Source of the DNA: a virus
Taxonomy: Duplodnaviria; Caudoviricetes
IMG/VR virus record: IMGVR_UViG_3300036796_000098
Span: 1 to 52,136 of that record
Reading direction: 5' to 3' (one strand)
DNA length: 52,136 nucleotides
Notes under the pieces: model-generated
What the model saw: only the letters and a program-made list of their open reading frames with translations
The model's database searches: none
What the model was told of the DNA's origin: nothing
Shown: positions 26,558 to 38,443 of the stretch, piece after piece
How positions within the stretch are numbered: position 1 is the stretch's first letter
Layout of the letters: each line of letters begins with the position of its first letter
Made by a program: the position numbers and the translations under genes

Positions 26558-27760
26558 ATGAAAACAACTGAACGGTTGGCATTTGACCGCGCATCCGTGC
26601 GCACATTTGATGGCAACGGCAGGCTTCAGGTAAAGGTAAGCAATATCAGCAAGGCGAATGTCTGTCCCTACTTCGGGCGAGAGATTCCAGGCGCTGATGA
26701 GTTAGGCCTGGACCCCGAGAAGATTTACCAACTCTGGCGACATCCTGACGAACTGAAGAAAGCCGTAGCGACATTCAACAACATCCCACTCCTTTCAATC
26801 CACACCCCTGACTTCCCCGGTGACCCACCTCGCGAATATCGCGTAGGGGTTACTCACTCGAACGCTGACTTTGACGGAACGTATCTCACTAACGGCCTGT
26901 CCGTGTGGGACAACTCCGCTATCGCCGGTATCGAGACGGAAGAACAGGAAGAATTGTCTTCGTCGTACCAATACGTCGCTGACATGACCCCCGGCACGAC
27001 ACCAAATGGTGAAGTCTATGACGGCATCATGCGGGAAATTATCGGGAACCACGTAGCGTTGGTCGAAACTGGCCGCGCAGGAAGCGACGTATTGGTCGCA
27101 GATTCTTTACCACCGGAGTTAAAGCACATGAGCAAACGCAAAGCTGCGGCTATTCGCGCCACGCTGAAGCCATTACTGGCAGCAGACGCGGATCTGGAAG
27201 CAGAAGTACGCAAAGCACTTCTGGCTCTCGATGAAGCCGACAAAGAAGACGAGAAAGACAAAAAGACGGCTGATGACGAGGACGACGAAGAAGACGATAA
27301 GAAAAAGAAAACCGCTGACGATGAAGATGAAGATGACGAAGACGACAGCGACGACAAAAAGAAAAAGACCGCCGATGACGAAGACGATGAAGACGATGAC
27401 AAGAAAGACGACAAAGTCTCCAAAACGGCTATGGACTCCGCGATCCGCTTAGCAGCTGACAGTGCAACAAAAAAGGCCGCTCAGAACTTCCGCGAAATCC
27501 GCGAGGCTGAACTGGCTGTTCGCCCTCTGATTGGCGATGTGGTGGCGATGGATTCTGCGGCTGATGTCTACCGTACCGCCCTTGAACAGTCCGGCGTCGA
27601 CATCAAAGGCGTCCACCATTCCGCGTTCCCGTCACTGGTGAAAATGGCGATCAGCCAGAAAGAAAGCTCACGTCCTGCCGCTTTGGCTCAGGATTCCGCA
27701 TCAATTAGCGAGTTCGAGAGCGCATTCCCGACCGCTGGCAAACTGAAACGAGGTTTCTAA
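26558..27760 (+). CDS. Prohead protease/scaffold (DUF2213-like)
   Basis: [19 protein letters not shown]; acidic/lysine KKTADDED repeats. Confidence 0.85.
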   Translation: MKTTERLAFDRASVRTFDGNGRLQVKVSNISKANVCPYFGREIPGADELGLDPEKIYQLWRHPDELKKAVATFNNIPLLSIHTPDFPGDPPREYRVGVTHSNADFDGTYLTNGLSVWDNSAIAGIETEEQEELSSSYQYVADMTPGTTPNGEVYDGIMREIIGNHVALVETGRAGSDVLVADSLPPELKHMSKRKAAAIRATLKPLLAADADLEAEVRKALLALDEADKEDEKDKKTADDEDDEEDDKKKKTADDEDEDDEDDSDDKKKKTADDEDDEDDDKKDDKVSKTAMDSAIRLAADSATKKAAQNFREIREAELAVRPLIGDVVAMDSAADVYRTALEQSGVDIKGVHHSAFPSLVKMAISQKESSRPAALAQDSASISEFESAFPTAGKLKRGF

Positions 27761-27761
27761 C

Positions 27762-28244
27762 ATGGCAGGTTTTCAGAAGGTAATTAATCAGTATCCAGCC
27801 CCGGGTGTCGAAGGTGGCTTTGCGAGCACCAACCAACACGCAACATACCTCGCTGGCGAAGCGGCTCTGGTAGCTGGCGCCGATGGTCTGACCGTCGGGC
27901 GTTTCGCATGGGATGTAAACGGCAAAGCCACTAATGCAGGTACCGGCGCACCATCAGGCTTTGTACTTCGTGATGGGCAAGCTTCAATCACCGCATGGTT
28001 GGGTGAAGCGTCCATGCTGATTCAGCCGGGCCGCGAAGTCACCCTGGTGACAGCTGGTGATTTCTGGGCTCGGACTTCTACCGCAGCAACACGCGGCCAG
28101 AAAATCTTCGCGTCACTGACAACTGGGCAGGTACAAACCGGTGCAGCTGGCGCAACCATCTCTGGTTACGTCGAGACCGTATTCTCTGCTGGTAGCGCTT
28201 GCGACGCTAACGAGCTTGTCAAAATCAGCACCTGGAGCAAGTAA
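27762..28244 (+). CDS. Capsid cement/decoration protein
   Basis: Between scaffold and major capsid genes; GDFWA motif. Confidence 0.7.
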   Translation: MAGFQKVINQYPAPGVEGGFASTNQHATYLAGEAALVAGADGLTVGRFAWDVNGKATNAGTGAPSGFVLRDGQASITAWLGEASMLIQPGREVTLVTAGDFWARTSTAATRGQKIFASLTTGQVQTGAAGATISGYVETVFSAGSACDANELVKISTWSK

Positions 28245-29281
28245 TGAGCGAATTTCAGAAGCACTACTCAGCCGCAAGCGGCAAATACGGCATCATCCTG
28301 CCGGGCGCACGTGAATACCTGAAGCCTGACTTCGCCCAGAACTACCAACTGGCGATGGATGCGCAACCAACAATGGTTACCGCAAACAACGCAGGTATCC
28401 CGGCATACTTCACCAACTACGTTGACCCTGAGCTGATCCGCGTACTGGTAACCCCGATGAAGGCAGCTGAAATCATCGGTGAAACCAAAAAAGGCGACTG
28501 GACCACACTGAGCTCTCAGTTCCCGATCGTCGAATCAACCGGTGAGACCAGTTCTTACGGTGACTTCAACAACAACGGCATGACCTCCGCAAACGTGAAC
28601 TGGGTTGCGCGTCAGTCCTACCACTACCAGACCCACACCCGCTGGGGTGAGCGTGAGCTGGATATGTACGGCGCAGCGCGTATCGGTTACGCCGCAGAGC
28701 TGAACGTAGCGTCTGCTCTGGTGCTGAACAAGTTCCAGAACAAATCCTACTTCTTCGGCATTGCTGGCCTGGCTAACTACGGCCTGCTGAACGATCCGTC
28801 TCTGTCTGCACCGGTTACACCTGGTGCAACTGGTACCGGTGGCGCAATCACCTGGGCAAGCAAAGACGGTCAGGCTGTCTACGACGATATCGCTGGCAAG
28901 CTTTACGCGCAGCTGGTTTCTCAGACCAAAGGCCTGATCGAACGTACCGACTCCATGACGCTGGCTATGTCGCCAACTGCAGAAGTCAATCTGACCAAGA
29001 CCAACATGTACAACGTGAACGTGTCGGACCTGCTGAAGAAAAACTTCCCTAACCTGCGCGTAGAAACAGCGGTGGAATACTCCAATGACGCAGGCGAGAT
29101 GGTTCAGCTGATCGCCGACCGTCTGGGTGAGCAGGACACCGCTTACGCAGCGTTCACTGAGAAGATGCGCGCCCACGCTGTTGTGGTCGAAGAGTCTTCA
29201 TGGAAACAGAAAAAATCAGGCGGTACCTGGGGTGCGATTATTCGCCAGCCACTGGGCATTGCTTCAATGCTGGGAGTGTAA
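28244..29281 (+). CDS. Major capsid protein (DUF2184-like)
   Basis: 345 aa; YGLLNDP; position; strong codon bias. Confidence 0.88.
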   Translation: MSEFQKHYSAASGKYGIILPGAREYLKPDFAQNYQLAMDAQPTMVTANNAGIPAYFTNYVDPELIRVLVTPMKAAEIIGETKKGDWTTLSSQFPIVESTGETSSYGDFNNNGMTSANVNWVARQSYHYQTHTRWGERELDMYGAARIGYAAELNVASALVLNKFQNKSYFFGIAGLANYGLLNDPSLSAPVTPGATGTGGAITWASKDGQAVYDDIAGKLYAQLVSQTKGLIERTDSMTLAMSPTAEVNLTKTNMYNVNVSDLLKKNFPNLRVETAVEYSNDAGEMVQLIADRLGEQDTAYAAFTEKMRAHAVVVEESSWKQKKSGGTWGAIIRQPLGIASMLGV

Positions 29282-29284
29282 TTG

Positions 29285-29626
29285 ATGTCCGAGAAAATCG
29301 TAGTGGGATGCAAACTCCCGAATGGCCTGGTTGTTGAAGTCGGTGGCTATTCAGTCACCCTGAACGGCTCAAATTCAGCCATCGTCGTTGGCGGTTACGG
29401 CCTGACGGAAGGTGTCGATAAAGATGCCTTCGATAAGTGGCTGGAGGTACATAAGGACCAGCCATACGTGAAAAACGAACTGGTGTTTGCACAGGCCAAA
29501 GCAGCGAGCGCACAGGCCAAAGCAGCCGAGAACGAAGAGGTTAAATCTGGCCTCGAAGGCTTGCCGCAGGATAAGCCGGCACCGGGCATCGAGAAAGACA
29601 AAGAGGCCATGAAGGCTAAGGGGTAA
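29285..29626 (+). CDS. Virion-associated hypothetical protein
   Basis: VGCKLPNGL motif, after the capsid gene. Confidence 0.7.
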   Translation: MSEKIVVGCKLPNGLVVEVGGYSVTLNGSNSAIVVGGYGLTEGVDKDAFDKWLEVHKDQPYVKNELVFAQAKAASAQAKAAENEEVKSGLEGLPQDKPAPGIEKDKEAMKAKG

Positions 29627-29628
29627 TC

Positions 29629-30072
29629 ATGGCGATCGTTGTCTTTGACATTAACGCATTTCGTGAGCGTTACCCGGAGTTTGACACCGTAAGTGACTCG
29701 CTGCTGAATGCGTATTTTGTCGAGGCAACGGTCTACCTGAATAACACCGATTGCAGCCCGGTTGTTGATCCGACGATTCGAGCCGTCTACTTGAACATGC
29801 TGGTAGCTCACCTTGCCGCGCTAAATTCTGGCGTGGGAGGTCAGGCACCATCTGGTCTGGTTGGTCGTATTGCCAGCGCGTCAGAGGGTTCTGTTTCGGT
29901 ATCCACAGGTGATGTGCCTACAAGCTCATCTTCATGGTGGTATCTGCAGACTCCTTATGGCGCAGCATACTGGCAGGCTACAGCGGCCTATCGAACCATT
30001 CAGTATGTTCCTGGCGCGTCTCCTTCGCTTTACCCGTCGCACTATTACAGCAGACCAGTTACCCGGAGATAG
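29629..30072 (+). CDS. Head-tail adaptor (DUF4054-like)
   Basis: FRERYPEF...QTPYGAAYW. Confidence 0.8.
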   Translation: MAIVVFDINAFRERYPEFDTVSDSLLNAYFVEATVYLNNTDCSPVVDPTIRAVYLNMLVAHLAALNSGVGGQAPSGLVGRIASASEGSVSVSTGDVPTSSSSWWYLQTPYGAAYWQATAAYRTIQYVPGASPSLYPSHYYSRPVTRR

Positions 30073-30074
30073 TT

Positions 30075-30527
30075 ATGGCTACGCTCAGTGGTGGTGATGA
30101 ACTGCAAAAACGACTGGCGGAGATTGCCACCAATCTTGGTGACGGGAAGACATTGAGAGTTGGCTTTCTTGAGGGGGCAACATACCCAGACGGGAAGTCA
30201 GTTCCCATGATTGCGGCAGCCAACGAGTTCGGCGACCCGGCAATGAACAGGCCTCCGAGACCGTTTTTCAGGAACATGATCGCCGACAAATCCCCAGAAT
30301 GGCCTGAAGACCTGGTGAAGATTGCAGAAACCACAGGCTACGAAGTTGAAACAATGCTCGGGATGATGGGGGAGCACATCAAGGGTCAATTACAGGGTTC
30401 CATCAGAGACTTGATGGAGCCAGCCCTTTCGCCAGTGACAATTGCCAAAAAAGGATTCTCGAAGCCGCTCATTGAAACCTCACACATGCTAAACAGCGTC
30501 GATTACGACATTAAGGATGGCGTATGA
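30075..30527 (+). CDS. Neck/tail-completion protein
   Basis: NEFG...PPRPFFR...KPLIET. Confidence 0.75.
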   Translation: MATLSGGDELQKRLAEIATNLGDGKTLRVGFLEGATYPDGKSVPMIAAANEFGDPAMNRPPRPFFRNMIADKSPEWPEDLVKIAETTGYEVETMLGMMGEHIKGQLQGSIRDLMEPALSPVTIAKKGFSKPLIETSHMLNSVDYDIKDGV

Positions 30528-30892
30528 ACCTGAGAGGCATAGCTAACAGAGCGACTAGCACAATCAATCCGAACGTGTCGGGAGTGTTCCAGGTTAACAC
30601 CGGATTCACCACGCTACCCGGCGGGAAGAGAGTGCCTTCGTACAACAGTGTCGATGTGACCGTGCAGCTTCAGGAGTTGTCATCAACAGACCTGCGGCAA
30701 GTGGACTCAGTCAATATTCAGGGAATCCTGCGCAGCGCCTATCTGAACGGCAATTTTAACGGTGTGAATCGGCCTGAACAAAAAGGTGGAGACATCCTGA
30801 TGATTGGCGAAGAAAAATGGCTGGTCGTTAAGGTTCCAGAGCTCTGGCCGGACTGGTGCCGGGTAATCATCAACCTTCAGAGGTCAACATAA
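30524..30892 (+). CDS. Head-closure protein
   Basis: Synteny; ELWPDWC. Confidence 0.65.
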   Translation: MNLRGIANRATSTINPNVSGVFQVNTGFTTLPGGKRVPSYNSVDVTVQLQELSSTDLRQVDSVNIQGILRSAYLNGNFNGVNRPEQKGGDILMIGEEKWLVVKVPELWPDWCRVIINLQRST

Positions 30893-31440
30893 TGGCAACT
30901 CTCGATATCAAAGAGATTGACCTGCTTGTTCCGCTGCAGGCGTTCCTGATGCAAATCACCGGGCTGACTATTGACGACGTGCTGGATGGGCAGCAGAACC
31001 TCACTCCAATGCCGCTTGGCGACTTCATCGTGATGACTCCAATGAAACAGATTGGCCTGTCTACAAACCGCGTGAAGTATGTTGATAACGGCGTGTATGG
31101 CGACGGATTGCAGCAGAACCAGCGCAGTACGCAATGGCCTTGCCAGATTGACTGTTACGGCGATAGCGCTGCTGACAACGCATCAGTGATTGGCACACTA
31201 ATCCGGTCAGATTTCGCTTGCGAATGGTTCCGACAGAATGGCAGCACACTATCCCCTCTTTACTGCTCAGACCCTCATCAAACCACGATGATTAACGGCG
31301 AGCAACAATACGAAAGCCGCTGGACGCTGGACTTCATCGGGCAATACAACCCGACGGTATCCACGCGACAGGACTTTATGGACAGCATCACCGTCGGCGT
31401 AATTGCCGCAGATTTAAAATACCCACCGGAGAGTGCATAA
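30892..31440 (+). CDS. Neck/tail terminator protein
   Basis: Precedes sheath; QIDCYG. Confidence 0.7.
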   Translation: MATLDIKEIDLLVPLQAFLMQITGLTIDDVLDGQQNLTPMPLGDFIVMTPMKQIGLSTNRVKYVDNGVYGDGLQQNQRSTQWPCQIDCYGDSAADNASVIGTLIRSDFACEWFRQNGSTLSPLYCSDPHQTTMINGEQQYESRWTLDFIGQYNPTVSTRQDFMDSITVGVIAADLKYPPESA

Positions 31441-32919
31441 ATGGCAATCCCATTACGCAAAGATATCCAGATTAACCCTGGCGTTTTGCCTGCGGGCGGT
31501 TCAGCGCTTGATCTGAATGGCCTTATCCTTACCGACAGCGGTTATGCTCCGGTAGGTACAGTAATTTCGTTCACCACCAAAGAAGATGTTGCGGCCTACT
31601 TCGGGAGTGCATCTCCTGAGTTCAGCATGGCTGAGGTGTATTTCCAGGGCTATGACAATTCTACCAAAACTCCTGGCGCACTGTTGTTTGCCCGGTTCAA
31701 CCCTGACCCGGCGGCAGCGTGGCTTCGCTCTGGCTCAATGGCAACTGTTACTCTCGACCAGATCAAGCTGCTGAGTGGCGTTCTGACCCTGTCAGTTGAC
31801 GGCACATCGCACACTTCCGCCAGTATAGACCTGAGCACCGCAACCAGTTTTGCGCAGGCCGCAGACCTGATTGAAACAGGAATCGGGTCCAGCGTAACCG
31901 TTGAGTTCGATACCACGCAGAAGCGCTTCATCATCACCTCTGCAACAGCAGGTGATGCCAGCACTATCACATACGCCACCGGCACATTGTCGGCAGGCCT
32001 GAAGCTGACTGCTGCGACCGGCGCGTCACTGTCACAAGGTGCTGATGCTGCGGTAATTACTGAGGCAATGCAGGATGTTCTGGATGCGTCGCAGAACTGG
32101 GCAATCTTCACTACTTCTTTCACACCGAGTGAGGAGCAAGCTCTGGAGTTCTCAGCGTGGGGTAACGCTCAGAATTATCGCTTTGGCTACGTACCATTCA
32201 CCCTGGAAGAGTCGGCTCTGATATCTGGTTCAACGGACACCCTGGCATATAAAATCATCACAACGTACGACTACTCGAACGTGATTCCGGTATACGGTGA
32301 CCAAAGTCATGCGGCCAGCGTTCTCGGCTACGCTGCCTCACTCGACTTTGACCGTCAGGAAGGCCGCGTGCCGTTTAAATTCCGCTCGCTGGGCGGGCTG
32401 CTGCCGGAAGTCACTACGTCAGCGAACTACGATGCGCTGATCGCCAACGGGTACAACTTTTACGGCGCGTACACGGCTAACAACTATGACACGCGCTACT
32501 GGGCCGATGGCACTGTAACTGGCGACTTTAAATGGTTCGACTCCTTCTGCTTCCAGATTTGGCTAAACGCCAACCTGATGCAAGATGCTATCGAGCTGTT
32601 CCAGTCTAACCGCAGCATTCCGTACAACGCTCGTGGCAAGGCAATCATCGAGGCTTCATTTGCTGACACCCTGAATCAGGGCATCACGTTTGGCGGCATC
32701 CGTACAGGCGTTAACCTTTCCAGCTCTCAGATTTCCGAGATTCAGAATGCAGTCGGCGCTGATGTCTCCCCATCGCTGATCGCGAAAGGCTACTACCTGT
32801 ATATCGCAGACGCTACACCTACCCAGCGTCAGGAGCGCACAAGCCCAAGTATGACCCTCTGGTACTGCGACGGCGGTTGTGTGCAGAAAATCACTCTCGC
32901 CAGCATTGAGGTGCAATAA
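31441..32919 (+). CDS. Tail sheath protein (DUF3383-like)
   Basis: 492 aa; YNFYG, IPYN, RQERTSP. Confidence 0.87.
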   Translation: MAIPLRKDIQINPGVLPAGGSALDLNGLILTDSGYAPVGTVISFTTKEDVAAYFGSASPEFSMAEVYFQGYDNSTKTPGALLFARFNPDPAAAWLRSGSMATVTLDQIKLLSGVLTLSVDGTSHTSASIDLSTATSFAQAADLIETGIGSSVTVEFDTTQKRFIITSATAGDASTITYATGTLSAGLKLTAATGASLSQGADAAVITEAMQDVLDASQNWAIFTTSFTPSEEQALEFSAWGNAQNYRFGYVPFTLEESALISGSTDTLAYKIITTYDYSNVIPVYGDQSHAASVLGYAASLDFDRQEGRVPFKFRSLGGLLPEVTTSANYDALIANGYNFYGAYTANNYDTRYWADGTVTGDFKWFDSFCFQIWLNANLMQDAIELFQSNRSIPYNARGKAIIEASFADTLNQGITFGGIRTGVNLSSSQISEIQNAVGADVSPSLIAKGYYLYIADATPTQRQERTSPSMTLWYCDGGCVQKITLASIEVQ

Positions 32920-33360
32920 ATGTCGAACACTATTACAAGCGCTGATGCAATCTTTGCCCTCACCGTTACCAACCTGTTCCCCAGTGCGCAGACTCTTGAG
33001 GGCTACGCAGCTGACGCTATGTTTGCGCTGGGAGATACAGAGATGGCAGTTGGGGTTCGTGGTGCTGACGGTAAGCTTTCAGGAGGGTTCGTATTTGGTG
33101 AGTATCTCCAGACGATCACCATCATGCCAGACAGCCCATCGCGGGACATGTTCGAGACGTGGCAACTAACCTCGCTGACGTCAAAAGCCATCTTCCGCTG
33201 CAACGCGACAATCATCCTCCCGGCAATCAGCCGTAAATTCACGCTCACCAACGGCATCCTGCAGCGAGTTAAAGCCATCCCGGATGCGCAGCGCGTACTT
33301 CAGGCGATGACCTTCCAGATCAACTGGGAAACCGTAGTGGGCGAAGCGTACAACGCATAA
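32920..33360 (+). CDS. Tail tube protein
   Basis: Follows sheath; GADGKLSGG...PDSPS. Confidence 0.8.
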   Translation: MSNTITSADAIFALTVTNLFPSAQTLEGYAADAMFALGDTEMAVGVRGADGKLSGGFVFGEYLQTITIMPDSPSRDMFETWQLTSLTSKAIFRCNATIILPAISRKFTLTNGILQRVKAIPDAQRVLQAMTFQINWETVVGEAYNA

Positions 33361-33368
33361 GGGATCAC

Positions 33369-33773
33369 ATGGCACGTAAAGAAATTTACTACACCGTCGA
33401 AGACAAAGGCCGTGACCAGGGCAAGGTGTTCTTCATTCGCGAAATGGCTGCTTCACAGGCTGAATGGTGGGCTATCCGCGCGGGGCTGGCGATGGCTAAG
33501 AACGGCGTTAATCTTCCTGATAACTTTTCAGATATGGGCATGGCAGGCATGGCGAAAGTCGGCCTCGAAATGGTGGCTAAAATCCCTCCAGAGGATGCAC
33601 GGCCTCTCCTGGACGAGCTGATGAAATGCATTCAGGCAGTTCCGGACCCAGCGAATCAGAGCGTTAAGCGCAACCTGATTGATGACGACACTGAGGAAGT
33701 CATGACGCGCCTGAAACTTCGCGGTGAAGTATTTAAGTTGCACGTCGATTTTTTAACCGCCGCCGCCAGCTAG
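33369..33773 (+). CDS. Tail assembly chaperone (G-like)
   Basis: Between tube and tape measure; slippery T TTT TTA at 33749-33755. Confidence 0.82.
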   Translation: MARKEIYYTVEDKGRDQGKVFFIREMAASQAEWWAIRAGLAMAKNGVNLPDNFSDMGMAGMAKVGLEMVAKIPPEDARPLLDELMKCIQAVPDPANQSVKRNLIDDDTEEVMTRLKLRGEVFKLHVDFLTAAAS

Positions 33774-33982
33774 ACATTCCTCCAGTAATGGGCCAGCAGG
33801 TCGTTGGGCTTGCTGACTATACCAACGTGCCAAAAACCATAGCGACAGTATTGTCGTCTGGTAAGTGCTCTCTTACAGAGTTGAGCACCACACTTGGCGT
33901 TGAGGATATGTGGTGGTGGCTTGAAATAATCACAGTCGACAATTACAACCAGATGGTCATCAACAGGGCGGAGAGTGGCTGA
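33755..33982 (+). CDS. -1 frameshift extension of the chaperone (T-like)
   Basis: -1 frame open from the slippery site to TGA at 33982; includes the track ORF 33788-33982. Confidence 0.75.
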   Translation, partial: NRRRQLDIPPVMGQQVVGLADYTNVPKTIATVLSSGKCSLTELSTTLGVEDMWWWLEIITVDNYNQMVINRAESG

Positions 33983-35745
33983 TGGCGACGATTATTGATT
34001 CACTGGTCGTTACCCTCGGCCTCGACCCATCCGGCTTTAAAAAAGGTCAGGATGAGGTTAAGAAGGGCCTGAACGATACCAGAAAGAACGCGGATCAGAC
34101 CGCAAAAGATATGGAGGCTGCCGGTAAAAGGGCAGCCTCTTTCTTTGGGTCAATTCGCACTGAGTTACTGGCGCTTGTAGGTGTCACCCTGTCAGCGCAG
34201 GGCATTAAGACGTTCATCACATCCATGACATCGGATCTGATGCGTCTCGGTATTGAGTCCCGCGCACTGGACATCTCTGCCAAGTCTCTTGATGGGTGGG
34301 AAAGAGCGGCGGCCGCTGCAGGTTCCAGTGCTGAGAAAATGGCTGGCACTCTGGGTTCATTCCAGAAAGTGCTGACCCAAATCAGGACTGGTGGCGGGCA
34401 GGATGACCCGCTTTTCGGTGCACTTGCTGCTTTCGGTGGCGCTACCGGCGCGAACTTCGATTATCAGAATGATAACTCTGAAGCGATCATTCGAAAAATT
34501 GCCGCTAACTGGGGCAAATTAAGCAAAGATGCGCAGCGCAGATTCGGAGGCATGTTCGGGTTCGACAATGCTACCCAGCAAGGCCTGGCTAATGGCAGTC
34601 TGGTTCAGGATGCAGATCGGTTCGCCAAGATATCCAAAGCGACTGACGAAGCTACCAAGAAGGCACTAGAGTTCAACCGTCGCCTTGAGGAGATGAAGCA
34701 AAACTTCGCTGCTGCATCTCAGGTGCTGTACGAGGCCCTGATCCCTTATGTCGAAAAGCTAATTCCTCTCATAGAGAAATTCGGCAACTGGATTGCCAGT
34801 CACGGCCCTGAAATCGAAAAGTTCTTCTCTGATTCTGCAGATGAAATCAGCAAGGTTGTCGATGCAGTAGGCGGACTGGAGAACGCGTTAGAGATTCTGC
34901 TGGCCTTTGTGGTTGGCAAGTGGGCTCTTGGGATGGTTGGCGCGATAGCCCGCGTCGGTGGCTCTCTCGGTGGTCTTGCGGCAAACCTCGTTGGCATTGT
35001 TGCTAAAAACCCCTGGCTGCTGATGCTTGTCCCTGCGAACAACACCCCTAACACCACAGAGGAGCTTTCCTCTATCGGTGGAGTTGGCAGCAACGTCCCG
35101 AAAACTGACATGGAAAAGCTTCAGGCTGGATGGAGCTACGATGACAGCAAAGGCGGCTGGATTGCTCCCAAATCTGCCCCGCGTGGGATTAGGAATAACA
35201 ACCCGGGAAACCTCAACTTTGCGAATCAGACAGGGGCCACGAAAGAGGGTGGACAGGGCGGACGGTTTGCTGTTTTCGAGTCGATGGAGCATGGAGTGGC
35301 GGCTCTATATAAGCAGCTGCAGATTTACTTCAAGAAAGGGGTAAACACCCTTTCCTCAATCGTCAAGACATACGCCCCAGCATCCGATGGGAACAACGTC
35401 GATGCGTACGTGTCAGCTCTCTCAAAGGCAACCGGCAAGGGGGCCAATGAGGCGATTGATGCCGGAGACACCACGACCATCGCTAAGCTAATGAAGGGGA
35501 TCGTCGACCATGAGAACGGGAAAGGATACATCAGCTCGTCCGATATCATGGGAGGCATTCAGTTAGGTGCTGGCTCATCAGCCGCGCGTAACGCACCATC
35601 CCAATCTGGCAGCCAGACAACCATCAGCATTGGCAAAATCGACATGCAGACATCAGCGGGTAACGCCAATGCGCTTGGTGCCGACATCCAGAGAAATCTT
35701 CAGAGAAACCGGCTGGTGACACCGGCAATGACAGGGCAGGGTTAA
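33982..35745 (+). CDS. Tape measure protein with lysozyme-like C-terminal domain
   Basis: MATIIDSLVVTLGLD; helical body; RGIRNNNPGNL...YAPASDGNN. Confidence 0.85.
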   Translation: MATIIDSLVVTLGLDPSGFKKGQDEVKKGLNDTRKNADQTAKDMEAAGKRAASFFGSIRTELLALVGVTLSAQGIKTFITSMTSDLMRLGIESRALDISAKSLDGWERAAAAAGSSAEKMAGTLGSFQKVLTQIRTGGGQDDPLFGALAAFGGATGANFDYQNDNSEAIIRKIAANWGKLSKDAQRRFGGMFGFDNATQQGLANGSLVQDADRFAKISKATDEATKKALEFNRRLEEMKQNFAAASQVLYEALIPYVEKLIPLIEKFGNWIASHGPEIEKFFSDSADEISKVVDAVGGLENALEILLAFVVGKWALGMVGAIARVGGSLGGLAANLVGIVAKNPWLLMLVPANNTPNTTEELSSIGGVGSNVPKTDMEKLQAGWSYDDSKGGWIAPKSAPRGIRNNNPGNLNFANQTGATKEGGQGGRFAVFESMEHGVAALYKQLQIYFKKGVNTLSSIVKTYAPASDGNNVDAYVSALSKATGKGANEAIDAGDTTTIAKLMKGIVDHENGKGYISSSDIMGGIQLGAGSSAARNAPSQSGSQTTISIGKIDMQTSAGNANALGADIQRNLQRNRLVTPAMTGQG

Positions 35746-35746
35746 C

Positions 35747-36550
35747 ATGGCCTTTTCACTGAACGAAACAACGCTACTCAGCGCGATAAACAGCGGCAAT
35801 ATCTTCTCGATCATCAACAGCACCCTCTCTCCAGGCTACGGAATTTATCTCAAGTCGGGATTGAGAGCGCTGTCTCCTTCATCATTTTTGGGAATTGAGT
35901 ACGGTGCGGATGCTTCAGTTGTGTCCGCGCCTATCGAGAAGGGTTCGTACAGCTCATTCAATAAGGTAAAGCGGCCGCCGGTTATACGAGTTCTTTTCAC
36001 GCTTGAAGGATGGACCGGGTTTAGTGGCAGCATTCCAAACCTGACCAACTTCACCCTGACCAGCCGATCGGACATGCTGGCGGCGCTGGATGCGATGGTT
36101 GCTGATGCGCAGGTATACGACATTGAGACGCCGGATACGACGTATGAGGATTATGACCTTGTTCGTTATAACTACCGGACATCAGATCGCGATGTGACCC
36201 TTCTCACCGTCGAGGCTATTTTCCAGTCTGTTCTGGAAGAGGCGGAGGTCACACTGACCAGTACTACCGCCAATAGCAACACAACGGCCAATGCCACGAG
36301 CAAGGCCGCCAGTGCAGTAACGGAAAAGGCGAACTCAACAGCGACAAACTCCACGCTTGAAGATGTTAAAGGCGCATTAACCGGTCTGAAAGAGTCGGTA
36401 TCAAGCGCATCTACCACTGTAGCGACATCGGTAAGTAATGCGGTGAGCAGCGCGACATCAGGTGCTACTAGCGCCATTAATGGGGCGGCCACATCTGCAA
36501 TAAACAACCTCGCTACGACGGTTGATGAGCTGGTTGCGGGGTTATCCTGA
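35747..36550 (+). CDS. Baseplate/tube-initiator protein
   Basis: [13 protein letters not shown]; synteny. Confidence 0.7.
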   Translation: MAFSLNETTLLSAINSGNIFSIINSTLSPGYGIYLKSGLRALSPSSFLGIEYGADASVVSAPIEKGSYSSFNKVKRPPVIRVLFTLEGWTGFSGSIPNLTNFTLTSRSDMLAALDAMVADAQVYDIETPDTTYEDYDLVRYNYRTSDRDVTLLTVEAIFQSVLEEAEVTLTSTTANSNTTANATSKAASAVTEKANSTATNSTLEDVKGALTGLKESVSSASTTVATSVSNAVSSATSGATSAINGAATSAINNLATTVDELVAGLS

Positions 36551-36855
36551 TGCAGAACATATCCCTAAAGCCTTTAAAGGCGCAGGAAGTGAGCGTAAAC
36601 CTCGCAGGGCAGTCAGTGACGCTACGTATCGTACAGCGGTCCACAGGTCTGTTTATGGACATTGGCGTGGATAATCTATGGATAGCGCAGGGCGTTCTCT
36701 GCCTGAACTGCAACAAGGTTGTCCGATACCCCTACCTGAAGTTCAGTGGTGAGCTTTTCTTTGCTGACACGAAAGGAAGCCTTGACCCGGTTTACGATGA
36801 GCTTGGAACGCGATTCAAGCTCTTCTACGCCACAGCCGAAGAGATGGCGACATGA
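36550..36855 (+). CDS. Small baseplate protein
   Basis: Synteny. Confidence 0.7.
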   Translation: MQNISLKPLKAQEVSVNLAGQSVTLRIVQRSTGLFMDIGVDNLWIAQGVLCLNCNKVVRYPYLKFSGELFFADTKGSLDPVYDELGTRFKLFYATAEEMAT

Positions 36856-37706
36856 CGTACAAAAAGAGAACGCTTAAATTTGAGTTCACGTTAAAAGACG
36901 GCGCGTTTGATGAATCTGGCAACAATATCCTCACCATAGACAACATCAAAGCTGAAATTGAAATCGGGGCGTATGGCGGTATCACCGGTACCACGCTTGA
37001 GGCTCGAGTTTATGGCCTGAGCATCGATAACATGGCCCTGCTCAGTTATAAGGGCATCCAGTTGAATGGTGCCAAGCAGAACATGATGAAGGTGTGGGCC
37101 GATGATAGACCTGTTTTTTTCGGGTCGATAACGAACTGTTTCGCGGATCTGAACCAGATGCCGGATGCTCCGTTGATTATCAGTGCGTTTTCAACCGGCT
37201 TTGACCAGTCGATTGCCGCCGCGCCATTCTCAAAAGAGGGGGTGGCCAGCGTCAACGAAATCATCACCACGATCGCCGCAAGCATCGGATACACAGTGGT
37301 CAACAATGGTGTGCTGGCGAAGCTTGAGAATCCGTACTTTGAAGGAAACCCGATAACCCAGATTCAACAGTGCGCCCACGCTGCAGGTATCGAAATTGAC
37401 TTCCGTCTTGGCGCTATTTATATCTGGCCGCAGGGAGGAAGCATTGACGACACCATCCCGCTTATTTCTCCGCAGCATGGGCTCATCGGGTATCCCGTGT
37501 TCAGCAACTACGGCATCAACTTCCAGTGTCAGTATAGCGATCTGATATTGAGGGGGCGCAAGGTTCAACTGGAAACGTCATTGCCAAATGGCAGTGGTGT
37601 TTACACGGTTCAGTCAGCAGTCCACCACCTGTCAACATGGACAGAGGGTGGGCCATGGGCATCCATCGTCTGGGCGTCTATTGGTCAGCTTACTGTGAGG
37701 CAATGA
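36852..37706 (+). CDS. Baseplate hub protein
   Basis: GLIGYP motif; synteny. Confidence 0.72.
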   Translation: MTYKKRTLKFEFTLKDGAFDESGNNILTIDNIKAEIEIGAYGGITGTTLEARVYGLSIDNMALLSYKGIQLNGAKQNMMKVWADDRPVFFGSITNCFADLNQMPDAPLIISAFSTGFDQSIAAAPFSKEGVASVNEIITTIAASIGYTVVNNGVLAKLENPYFEGNPITQIQQCAHAAGIEIDFRLGAIYIWPQGGSIDDTIPLISPQHGLIGYPVFSNYGINFQCQYSDLILRGRKVQLETSLPNGSGVYTVQSAVHHLSTWTEGGPWASIVWASIGQLTVRQ

Positions 37707-38407
37707 TGAATCTATTCACTAACCGCCCGCAGGACACATCGTCAGAAGCAAACGCGCAGCAGTTCCTGATGCATCAGTTCCTAATGGGCAAAGCGTTCAT
37801 CACTCTCGCTCTGGTGACTGGCGTCAATGACAGCGGGGAAGTGGTATCAGTTAAGCCAATGGTCGACGGCTTCACCGGCGGTGGAGATCGGATTCCTTCT
37901 GGTGTGATCAGCGGTGTTCCGGTGTGGAGACTACAGCGCGGTGCAAGTGCCGTAATCATGCCTCCGGTTGAAGGTGATATTGGCCTGATCGCAATCTGCG
38001 ACCGGGACATCACTGCGGTGAAAGCAACAAAAGACGCCGCACTACCTGGCTCAAACAGAACGCACAGTTACTCTGATGCCATTTACCTCGGTGGGGTGCT
38101 GAATGCAGAGCCAAGCCAGTACGTTAAATTCGCCAACGATGGTATCGACATCGTTTCCCCTCTTGTCGTTCAGGTAAACGGGAATACGGTCCTCGTTAAT
38201 GCGGGTGAGAAAATATCTCTCAATGCTCCAATTATTGAGGCGAACGGACAACTTACACAGGGCTCAGGAAGCTACGCCGGTAACGCAACGTTCGGCGGGA
38301 CACTAACGGCAACCGGCGAAATAACAGGAAACGGAATCCGCCTCAGTACGCACAAGCATGGGGGAGTGCAGACAGGGTCCGGAAACACCGGAACACCAAC
38401 AAACTAA
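37703..38407 (+). CDS. Baseplate spike protein
   Basis: OB-fold-like N-terminus, beta-repeat region, HKH metal-binding tip. Confidence 0.85.
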   Translation: MMNLFTNRPQDTSSEANAQQFLMHQFLMGKAFITLALVTGVNDSGEVVSVKPMVDGFTGGGDRIPSGVISGVPVWRLQRGASAVIMPPVEGDIGLIAICDRDITAVKATKDAALPGSNRTHSYSDAIYLGGVLNAEPSQYVKFANDGIDIVSPLVVQVNGNTVLVNAGEKISLNAPIIEANGQLTQGSGSYAGNATFGGTLTATGEITGNGIRLSTHKHGGVQTGSGNTGTPTN

Positions 38408-38427
38408 CCCGCTCCAGCGGGTTTTTT
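38406..38427 (+). terminator. Intrinsic terminator
   Basis: AACCCGC-TCCA-GCGGGTT followed by a T-run. Confidence 0.75.
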
Positions 38428-38443
38428 ATTGCCCGGAGTTTAC

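Noticed and set aside
27016-27452. Poly-Ser antisense ORF and Lys/Thr-rich alternate-frame ORF
   Set aside because: Artefacts of the GAY/GAA/AAR low-complexity repeats in the scaffold gene
28535-29176. 213-aa antisense ORF in the major capsid gene
   Set aside because: Expected shadow of strong codon bias; no RBS or recognisable motif
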